Positions 35,319 through 41,005 of a stretch of 42,981 nt of DNA are shown piece by piece (position 1 is the stretch's first letter; each line of letters opens with the position of its first letter). The DNA comes from a virus. The position numbers were made by a program, and so were the translations under genes. The DNA lies in IMG/VR virus record IMGVR_UViG_3300009537_000043, positions 1 through 42,981 of that record; one strand, written 5' to 3'. The notes beneath the pieces were generated by a model, which saw only the letters and a program-made list of their open reading frames with translations, had not been told where the DNA came from and made no database searches.

Positions 35319-35769
35319 CAGTTTCTCCTTCAATCTCTTCTCTGAGTGCTTCCTCCACCGGGGCAACCAGAGATTGAGGGATTCTGGGAATATTGATTAC
35401 TCCAGGTTTAACCTCATTTCCTAATTCATCAAAATGTTTCACCTTGAAAGTGAAGTCACCATCAATATGGGCATCTACCTCGATGGATTTCAACTTCGGA
35501 GCAAGGTAGGAAGCAATTTCTTTAGCGATTGCAATTTTCTGGTCCGTGGTGCAGATTGGAAGCCTTAATACTTTGCCGTCAACAATGGTTTCTTCGGTCT
35601 CTGAGGCAAGTCTAATTAACTCTTCAAACGGGTTGTAGTTGTTTTTTAAGCATAACTCATTTATCCTGCTTCTCACTTCAGCAGGAGTTAACGCACCGCG
35701 AATAGATTTAGTCTCGGAAGGCATACTACGCTCCAAAGAATCGTATGAATGGACCAATTTGTCAAGCAT
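35311..35769 (-). CDS. Putative terminase small subunit
   Basis: 152 aa, the first late gene, translationally coupled to the large terminase. The call is by position only. Confidence 0.45.
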   Translation of the reverse strand: MLDKLVHSYDSLERSMPSETKSIRGALTPAEVRSRINELCLKNNYNPFEELIRLASETEETIVDGKVLRLPICTTDQKIAIAKEIASYLAPKLKSIEVDAHIDGDFTFKVKHFDELGNEVKPGVINIPRIPQSLVAPVEEALREEIEGETDA

Positions 35770-35843
35770 TATTTTGAGTGAACCATAGAATTCGATACAT
35801 TAACCAAAAATCATTCCTAATTTTTTAGGAAATCACGTGTCAT

Positions 35844-36080
35844 GGATAATGGGTAGATGGCACTAGGTTCGTGGAAGATGGCAGAAATGCTCATGCACGA
35901 TGGCGCGACCTCCCTATCATTCACGGTCCACGGTTCAGTTTCCCCATCCCACCCCACCATGGACCAAAAAGAATTCTTCCCTGACCCTGGGAGTCTAGGT
36001 CCATCTAACATGTAGTGCCTGGCCTATGACTCTTAGTCCCATCGAACAATGTTAGGTGCGTCTAACATTATGAGTCATGG
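35844..36080 (-). other. ORF-poor, GC-elevated structured segment between the predicted late promoter and the first late gene (candidate leader RNA or sRNA)
   Basis: Two-tier hairpin 36024-36080 (9-bp outer and 8-bp inner stems). Blocks homologous to 36943-37027 lie in inverted orientation. A 7-bp hairpin plus T-run on the minus sense lies at 35814-35831. Confidence 0.3.
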
Positions 36081-36138
36081 CTAACAAAATTAGACTGCAC
36101 GGCACACGGGCCACGGGCCAGGAAATCGTCATCTATAT

Positions 36139-36167
36139 TTGATACTGGTTGCTACGACTTGTGACAA
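36139..36167 (-). promoter_or_regulatory. Candidate sigma70-type late-arm promoter
   Basis: On the minus strand: TTGTCA (36167-36162), 17 nt, TATCAA (36144-36139). Tandem ACGGGCC ACGGGCC (36106-36120) lies just downstream. Confidence 0.3.
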
Positions 36168-36182
36168 ACTTGCGGAAACCAC

Positions 36183-36211
36183 TTGACAAAATCCATAGAC
36201 CGTGCAACTAT
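36183..36211 (+). promoter_or_regulatory. Candidate sigma70-type early promoter
   Basis: TTGACA (36183-36188), 17 nt, AACTAT (36206-36211). It lies about 60 nt upstream of ATG 36272 and back-to-back with the minus-strand candidate. Confidence 0.35.
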
Positions 36212-36271
36212 CTACTCGTGGACAGGGACGTGGATGAACCCGTCTCAAACCCCACAGAACTAAGAACTAGT

Positions 36272-36733
36272 ATGAAAAACAAGACACAAGCACCTGTAAC
36301 TCCTAGCACTAACGTCATCTCCCTGGAGCAACTCACACCAGAGCAACTAGTTGCGTTGAAAAACCAGCTCAAAGCGCAAAAGAAGGCAAGGTCTAGCAAC
36401 CGTGAGGTTTGGGTCGAAACCGTGGATAAGATGTTGCAAGAGAAGGAGAACGGCCAATTCAAGAATACCACGGCAGATATCCTTGACGCGCTACAGGTTG
36501 CGAAGGCATGGGACGGTCAGGAACGTGAGGTCGAACTCAAGAAGGTCCAGACCCGCAAGCAGTTACACGTCAAGAAGGATGCCTCCAACAAGGACAAGTA
36601 TGGATACAAGGCCAGTGAACATGGATTCCAACTTACTGAAGCCAAGGTAGTTGCATGGTTCACTAGTCAGGACAAGGTTACGCTGGAACGTGTAGCAACT
36701 GCAGTGATTACCGCCGCGAACATGGCCAAGTAA
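36272..36733 (+). CDS. Early protein, paralogue A of 38112..38648, function unknown (basic, Lys-rich)
   Basis: Start taken at ATG 36272 (the track start, TTG 36149, is unlikely). It shares LTPEQL..L..QLKA.KK, EKE.G..FK.TT.DI..AL, KK.Q.RKQ, GYKAS..GF and WF blocks with paralogue B. Confidence 0.7.
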   Translation: MKNKTQAPVTPSTNVISLEQLTPEQLVALKNQLKAQKKARSSNREVWVETVDKMLQEKENGQFKNTTADILDALQVAKAWDGQEREVELKKVQTRKQLHVKKDASNKDKYGYKASEHGFQLTEAKVVAWFTSQDKVTLERVATAVITAANMAK

Positions 36734-36750
36734 CCAGGTATCACCTAGCA

Positions 36751-36781
36751 ACCCGTATGGGAAACACCCATACGGGTTTTT
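36751..36781 (+). terminator. Canonical intrinsic terminator
   Basis: 11-bp stem acccgtatggg / cccatacgggt with a 5-nt loop, followed by TTTTT. Confidence 0.8.
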
Positions 36782-36789
36782 CGTGCCCA

Positions 36790-37320
36790 GACGGTCCAAG
36801 GACGCGTCGGACTCGCTGGCCTATACCTACACCTAGGGACACCAGGAACACGTGCCTTGGTCCATCCCTGCGCGATTGCGGGGCACATTGGGCCGTGACC
36901 CTAGTGTCGAGAGTCATTTTGGCTCTCGATGCTATGGTTCATGGTCCATGGACGGATATTTGGAGTGGACAGGGAGAGAACGCCACTAGCACTCCCTATG
37001 AACGATTAGTGAATCACCCTATTATGCAACATCGAATATTCAAATCAGGCACAATAGGGGTTCAAACTAACCACCTAGCAAACCAACGACTTCCGTTTTC
37101 AGGAATTTGACTATGCAAGTGCGAACAAATCGCAGCTTCATCTTTGACAATACAAAACCACCAGGTTTCCTAGGTTTCATCGTAATCCCTATCACCGCAC
37201 TTGGGTATACGTGCCAACTAGCTTGTTCCCCTACAACTTACGCCGATTTCGAGCCAAAACGGCCCGAAAATCATATTGTTCCAAGTATCGGGCAAGGGAT
37301 ACCTAATAACTAAAGGGGTT
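36790..37320 (+). other. GC-elevated ORF-poor segment with local helices (candidate structured RNA or regulatory DNA)
   Basis: Track ORFs here have implausible composition. Helices include tcgagag/ctctcga (36907-36929) and agggag/ctccct (36971-36997). A block homologous to 35844-35965 lies on the opposite strand. Confidence 0.3.
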
Positions 37321-37445
37321 TTCTTTACATTTAATATAGTTCGTGTTTTTTCACTCCGCTTTTCCGTGTATTTGGCGCGTAAAATCACACACACGTTTAT
37401 TATCAAAAATCCGTCTAAGTAGCAAGCAGCATTCAGTGCCATTGC

Positions 37446-37459
37446 ATAGCAATTGCTAT
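37446..37459. promoter_or_regulatory. 14-bp perfect palindrome ATAGCAATTGCTAT (operator-like)
   Basis: Read directly. It lies 26 nt upstream of the third CCTAGCAA copy. Confidence 0.35.
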
Positions 37460-37511
37460 CACTTACAACGGCCAGTTGTAACCACCTAGCAAATCTAGGG
37501 GTGTTTTGCCT

Positions 37512-37542
37512 AAACCCTAGCAAATCAACCTACTTGGCACGT
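37512..37542 (+). repeat. 31-nt exact direct repeat, copy 1 (AAACCCTAGCAAATCAACCTACTTGGCACGT)
   Basis: Identical to 37617-37647. The start-to-start spacing is 105 bp. Confidence 0.9.
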
Positions 37543-37616
37543 AGCCACGACACTGCTTCCATGTCGTTTTTTCGTCGTTCAATTTTAACACCTATAAACA
37601 CTAGGTGTGTGCCCGC

Positions 37617-37647
37617 AAACCCTAGCAAATCAACCTACTTGGCACGT
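37617..37647 (+). repeat. 31-nt exact direct repeat, copy 2
   Basis: Identical to 37512-37542. Confidence 0.9.
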
Positions 37648-37655
37648 TACGTCAT

Positions 37656-37685
37656 TTCAAAATGAACCAAGCTGTTTGCTATATT
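37656..37685 (+). promoter_or_regulatory. Candidate extended -10 sigma70-type promoter just downstream of repeat copy 2
   Basis: TTCAAA (37656-37661), 18 nt, TGcTATATT (37677-37685). Confidence 0.3.
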
Positions 37686-37722
37686 GAGTTTGCCTTTCTC
37701 CTCTACTCAAACATACGTTAAA

Positions 37723-37843
37723 ACAGGGAGGCTTCAAGTCTATTTGTCCTAATCTTAATCCCATAAAAGCAATATCTATTTCTATTTATGACCTAAGAAA
37801 ATCTACTTTTAATTAAAGCAGAATTTACTCGTAGCCTCCCTGT
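37723..37843. repeat. 11-bp perfect inverted repeat (ACAGGGAGGCT / AGCCTCCCTGT) enclosing a 99-nt AT-rich tract
   Basis: The arms are 37723-37733 and 37833-37843. The interior is visibly AT-rich (ttaatcccataaaagcaatatctatttctatttatg...). Confidence 0.7.
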
Positions 37844-37858
37844 CCCAAGGTCCATGTT

Positions 37859-37893
37859 CCACATACCACATACCACAATCCCACAATCCCACA
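37859..37893 (+). repeat. CA-rich tandem tract (CCACATA x2, CCACAATC x2)
   Basis: Read directly: ccacataccacataccacaatcccacaatcccaca. Confidence 0.8.
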
Positions 37894-38111
37894 TAGAATA
37901 GAACCATACATCCATTCCACATGAGACATGGAGCATCAAATCACTCGTACAAACCCTAGCAGGTCAAAGGTTTGTAACTATTTTCGTAAAATTTTACGAT
38001 TTCGCTTGACGCCATACTAAAAAAAGGCGAGGATACGCCTGTTGACGGAACTAGTAGCATGAAGCGGAGTTCCAAGTCAAGACAGAAAACATAGAAACAT
38101 AGAACAAACAT

Positions 38112-38648
38112 ATGGCAGACAATAAACCTACGAAACCCGGTGCTCAAAAATCGGCTGCACCGAAAACCGCAACTCCTGAAAATGTCGTCCCCTCTGGCAT
38201 TGACCTGTCCAAGCTGACTCCTGAGCAGTTGGCGTCCCTGCAGAAACAGCTGAAGGCTAAGAAGAAGGAGAAGTCCGGCAAGAAGGAAGAGCGGTTTCAC
38301 ATCATTGACACCATGCTCGCTGAGAAGGAAGAGGGCAGTGATGAGTTCAAGCACACCACGCGGGACATCATGAACGCGTTGGTCAAGAATGACCTTGTTG
38401 ACACCACCGAACCCGATTTTGACACGGTGGAAATCAAGAAAATTCAGGCACGCAAGCAGTTCCTGGAGAAAAAGACCGATGAGAAGGGTAACTTGGTCCA
38501 TCCGAAAGGCTCGTTCGGTTACAAGGCGTCTGGTGGTGGCTTCGGTGTCCTGACAGCCTCTCGCATTGCTACATGGTTCTCCGTTCCGGCGAACGTGGCA
38601 CAACTCACTCCTACTCAGACTGCCGCTATCCTGGCGGTGCTGAAGTAA
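38112..38648 (+). CDS. Early protein, paralogue B of 36272..36733, function unknown
   Basis: 178 aa with the conserved blocks listed under paralogue A. It is preceded by an ATAGAA(A/C) leader and followed by a 13-bp hairpin. Confidence 0.75.
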   Translation: MADNKPTKPGAQKSAAPKTATPENVVPSGIDLSKLTPEQLASLQKQLKAKKKEKSGKKEERFHIIDTMLAEKEEGSDEFKHTTRDIMNALVKNDLVDTTEPDFDTVEIKKIQARKQFLEKKTDEKGNLVHPKGSFGYKASGGGFGVLTASRIATWFSVPANVAQLTPTQTAAILAVLK

Positions 38649-38658
38649 GAATGCACAT

Positions 38659-38689
38659 GAGCCTCCCTGTCACACCGACAGGGAGGCTC
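38659..38689 (+). terminator. 13-bp hairpin after paralogue B (no T-tract)
   Basis: gagcctccctgtc / gacagggaggctc with a 5-nt loop. The stem uses the same AGCCTCCCTGT 11-mer as the 37723/37833 inverted repeat. Confidence 0.5.
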
Positions 38690-38723
38690 TCTCACAAATA
38701 AGAACATAGAACTATAGAACAAT

Positions 38724-38978
38724 ATGAAAGTAACATACGAACAGCAACTGGTCCAAGGTCTAATCAATCTTGGTTACACTGAAGATAAATCCTATAAAGG
38801 GAAGTATCGGAAGTTTCGCAAAGAGCCACATGTAGCCTCCCTGTTTGTTGGTAGCCGTGGTGCATTGCGTATTGGTCGAACAGCTTCTGACTCCCACAGT
38901 GTAGGCGACCCAGGAAACAAGACTCCTTCATACATGAAATTTGTCGCATCTGGAGCGTTAACTCTAACCAACCAGTAA
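38724..38978 (+). CDS. Hypothetical early protein
   Basis: 84-aa ORF preceded by three AGAAC units. Confidence 0.5.
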   Translation: MKVTYEQQLVQGLINLGYTEDKSYKGKYRKFRKEPHVASLFVGSRGALRIGRTASDSHSVGDPGNKTPSYMKFVASGALTLTNQ

Positions 38979-38979
38979 T

Positions 38980-39207
38980 ATGACAACTATTTCTACCTTC
39001 CGCACATGTCATGTGACTCCACGTGTTCACAGAGATAACCCACAAGGCCAGGTTACAGGCTTCCATTTTGCATTCTATGAGAATTGCGAATTGTTTGCCG
39101 TAGGTGACATTGACAACGTGGACGTCGAACTGGAGCGTATCCTCAAGGAGTGGATGTATGAGGGTTCGATTCCATCCTGGGCCAACATCAACGAAGTGAA
39201 AGATTAA
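38980..39207 (+). CDS. Hypothetical early protein
   Basis: 75-aa ORF starting 1 nt after the previous stop. Confidence 0.45.
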   Translation: MTTISTFRTCHVTPRVHRDNPQGQVTGFHFAFYENCELFAVGDIDNVDVELERILKEWMYEGSIPSWANINEVKD

Positions 39208-39250
39208 TGGTATGTATAAATACACGTTCGTAGATAATGTAGGTGTAGTC

Positions 39251-39391
39251 ATGACTGTCACTGCCAAGACCTTGACAGAAGCAGCTGAGATAGCTAATGT
39301 TGCCATTGTGGAGTCTTATTACTCGACAGCAATTGTTGTTACCGCAATGGGTTATCGGTTAGGTGTTCACTGGAGCAGAGTGACAGAGTGA
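39251..39391 (+). CDS. Possible small ORF (46 aa, MTVTAKTLTEAAEIANVAIVESYY...)
   Basis: Translated by hand; it is below the track's length cutoff. A 10-bp hairpin follows it. Confidence 0.25.
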   Translation: MTVTAKTLTEAAEIANVAIVESYYSTAIVVTAMGYRLGVHWSRVTE

Positions 39392-39396
39392 TACGG

Positions 39397-39424
39397 TTAC
39401 CTCTCTGCTACGGTAGAGAGGTAA
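39397..39424 (+). terminator. 10-bp hairpin (ttacctctct / agagaggtaa), followed by a second 5-bp hairpin
   Basis: Read directly. There is no clear T-tract. Confidence 0.4.
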
Positions 39425-39460
39425 GCGTAGCAATCACGCTACATATAGAAAGATAGAACT

Positions 39461-39844
39461 ATGAAAACACATCAATGGGTGAATGTAAGATACAAACAAT
39501 ACCTTGTTCGGTCTATTGAGGCTGACACGTATGAAGAGGCTGTTACAAAACTCAAGGCTATGAATCCTAACGACAGACTTGGTGTAGGTCCAATATCTCA
39601 TTCCTGGGAGTATACGCCGTTTAAAGCTGAAGATTCAGGTCCTACACCTAAGACCCTCACAGCAGAAGTAATTATATCCTTCTTCAAGGCGTTCACAGAA
39701 CTGAATAAAATTAAAAAAGGTAGTAAGAAGGAATATGAAGCACAATACTGGTTTCTTGCCGGTATTCGCTCAAGCAGTCCACAGCAACAGTTACCTCCTA
39801 TTATTGAGATTCTACACTCATCTGGCCGTTCAATCCTTAAATAA
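39461..39844 (+). CDS. Hypothetical early protein
   Basis: 127-aa ORF preceded by an ATAGAA..ATAGAAC leader. Confidence 0.5.
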   Translation: MKTHQWVNVRYKQYLVRSIEADTYEEAVTKLKAMNPNDRLGVGPISHSWEYTPFKAEDSGPTPKTLTAEVIISFFKAFTELNKIKKGSKKEYEAQYWFLAGIRSSSPQQQLPPIIEILHSSGRSILK

Positions 39845-39845
39845 T

Positions 39846-40010
39846 ATGAGCAAAGATTACAACCCAATACCCGTGTTCTACAAGAACGTAGATATTACCA
39901 TTGGAGCAGGACCTACACCAGACTGGCGGGATGTGCCAGTAACCTGCTACATCATGTATTGGCCGAACTTGTATGCGTATGGAATAACCTTAACCGTGGG
40001 AGATAACTAA
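39846..40010 (+). CDS. Small hypothetical protein (54 aa)
   Basis: ATG 39846 lies 1 nt after the previous stop. The longer track ORF (39735) overlaps the upstream gene. Confidence 0.4.
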   Translation: MSKDYNPIPVFYKNVDITIGAGPTPDWRDVPVTCYIMYWPNLYAYGITLTVGDN

Positions 40011-40082
40011 TGAACATCTTCATTCACCATCACACGATTCACTCGTTTGGCGTGCCTGTGACCACAGGTCCGAGAAAACACC

Positions 40083-40160
40083 GGCCAAGGGACGCGCAAG
40101 GATTGGTTTTGGCGCGTTTTTATTGCGGCCAAGGGACAAACCCTAGGGTAAAAATCTGGC
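40083..40160 (+). promoter_or_regulatory. Intergenic control region: two GGCCAAGGGAC repeats, a hairpin with T-run, and motif copy C (CAAACCCTAGGGTAAAAATCTGGC)
   Basis: cggccaagggacg (40082) and cggccaagggaca (40127). Stem acgcgc/gcgcgt (40092-40117) is followed by ttttatt. Motif C at 40137-40160 resembles copies A and B. Confidence 0.4.
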
Positions 40161-40188
40161 GAAACGTAGATGCCGGCGCAGTCCAGCT

Positions 40189-40464
40189 ATGGAGGTTATC
40201 ATGATTATCCTAAAAGCTGACGAGGAGCTCAAAGTGGGTCAAACCATTATGAGACGCATCTATGAGGGTATAGTAGCCTATACTCATGAAACAGGGAGAC
40301 ACCCTACGTATGTTATTATTCCTATAGCTCGAAAAGAGGAACTACTTACACCCTGGAATAGCACAACCTGGTTGAACACTAACGAGCCATTTGATAAGCA
40401 CGTCTCCACATGTCTTGGATTAGAAGTTCTCTGGACAGTGAATGAGAATATGATAATAGCATGA
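40189..40464 (+). CDS. Hypothetical protein (the likelier start is ATG 40201, after GGAGG)
   Basis: ORF with GGAGG at 40191-40195. Confidence 0.5.
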   Translation: MEVIMIILKADEELKVGQTIMRRIYEGIVAYTHETGRHPTYVIIPIARKEELLTPWNSTTWLNTNEPFDKHVSTCLGLEVLWTVNENMIIA

Positions 40465-40514
40465 TAACATGAAACGCGAAGAACAAATCATGTAATTGAA
40501 AGATACAAATCAAA

Positions 40515-40811
40515 ATGACAACCAACATCATAACTGCAGTCATCACCGCTTACTGTGCATGTAAGCTGTGCTGCGGACCAAACGCGAAAGGAATTTGTGC
40601 TAACAATAAACCACCAATTGCCGGAGTCACAGTGGCTGCCAGTCGCAATATACCACTCGGTAGTAAAGTTATCATTGGAGGTAACACCTATACCGTCCAT
40701 GACAGGTTGGCTCAACGATACGACTCCCGATTCGACATCTATTTCAACAAACACTCCGACGCAAAAAAGTTCGGAATCAGAACAAACAAAGTGACTATTA
40801 TCACCAAATGA
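40515..40811 (+). CDS. 3D-domain (MltA/RlpA-like double-psi beta-barrel) peptidoglycan-acting protein, candidate lysin
   Basis: TAYCACKLCCGPNAKGICANN...GVTVAASRNIPLGSKVII.GNTYTVHDRLAQRYDSRFDIYF...DAKKFG fits the recalled 3D-domain pattern with three Asp. Confidence 0.65.
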   Translation: MTTNIITAVITAYCACKLCCGPNAKGICANNKPPIAGVTVAASRNIPLGSKVIIGGNTYTVHDRLAQRYDSRFDIYFNKHSDAKKFGIRTNKVTIITK

Positions 40812-40990
40812 GACACAAAGCAAATATGAACGAACACTGGAATGGATATCAACCGATGTGTAAGTGCAAAATGTGCAGCAGCATTCGTCGAGGAAGATTA
40901 CTGAACAAAGACCAAAAGTGGACGCAAGATGATGTTATCTCAACGGTGATATTCTTCGTGATAGCTACGGCTATTTGCGTCTTCGCATAA
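40808..40990 (+). CDS. Small protein with a C-terminal TM helix
   Basis: 60 aa with a Cys pair (CKCKMC) and C-terminal VISTVIFFVIATAICVFA. ATGA-coupled to the 3D-domain gene. Confidence 0.45.
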   Translation: MRHKANMNEHWNGYQPMCKCKMCSSIRRGRLLNKDQKWTQDDVISTVIFFVIATAICVFA

Positions 40991-41005
40991 CGAGAAAGGC
41001 CAGCG

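Larger units (their letters stand above)
36744..37962 (+). repeat. Array of six same-orientation CCTAGCA(A/G) repeats (iteron-like)
   Basis: Copies at 36744, 37074, 37485, 37516, 37621 and 37955 (the last reads CCTAGCAG). Flanks are also similar (TAACCACCTAGCAAA twice, AAACCCTAGCA three times). Confidence 0.7.

Noticed and set aside
35817-36011. 64-aa minus-strand ORF upstream of the small terminase gene
   Set aside because: It sits in the structured, GC-elevated leader. Its similarity to the 36943-37027 region holds at nucleotide level but breaks at protein level because of frame-shifting indels.
37533-37550. Sigma-54-like TGGCACG within both 31-nt repeats
   Set aside because: The required TTGC(A/T) element 4-5 nt downstream is absent. 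The sequences are TGGCACGTAGCCACG and TGGCACGTTACGTCA.
37512-37647. Possible CRISPR-like repeat
   Set aside because: There are only two copies of the 31-mer, separated by 74 nt. No further units exist, and there are no cas genes or leader.
36757-37665. Track ORFs 36757..37110 (+), 37107..37313 (+), 37218..37523 (-) and 37453..37665 (+) in the gene-free tract
   Set aside because: The first starts inside the intrinsic terminator stem. Compositions (Arg/Thr/Pro/Trp-rich) look like translated noncoding DNA. The repeat copies and the block homologous to 35844-35965 are not conserved in frame. The last ORF simply spans the two 31-nt repeats.
37921-37959. 12-codon mini-ORF (MRHGASNHSYKP) downstream of an ATAGAATAGAACC unit
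   Set aside because: It is too short to support. The motif-to-ATG distance differs from the four real genes, and the stop lies within a CCTAGCA repeat.
38832-38844. 13-mer GTAGCCTCCCTGT shared with 37831-37843
   Set aside because: For a genome of this size, roughly ten chance 13-mer coincidences are expected. This copy is inside a coding sequence (HVASLFVG), so it was not counted as part of the inverted-repeat family.
39160-39182. tRNA T-arm-like GGGTTCGATTCCATCC
   Set aside because: There is no complementary T-stem and no acceptor or anticodon arms around it. It lies inside the CDS 38980..39207. I found no convincing tRNA anywhere by eye, though a tRNAscan run would be definitive.
38764-39306. 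180-aa minus-strand ORF
   Set aside because: It lies antisense to three compact plus-strand ORFs (38724..38978, 38980..39207, 39251..39391). Those have matching leaders and terminator hairpins and follow the orientation of the whole early arm. The minus-strand peptide is Cys/His/Trp-rich with no motif. It is judged a shadow ORF.
40010-40204. 64-aa plus-strand ORF
   Set aside because: It spans a terminator-like hairpin, the GGCCAAGGGAC repeats and motif copy C. The peptide is His/Arg/Pro-rich. It is more likely a regulatory intergenic region.
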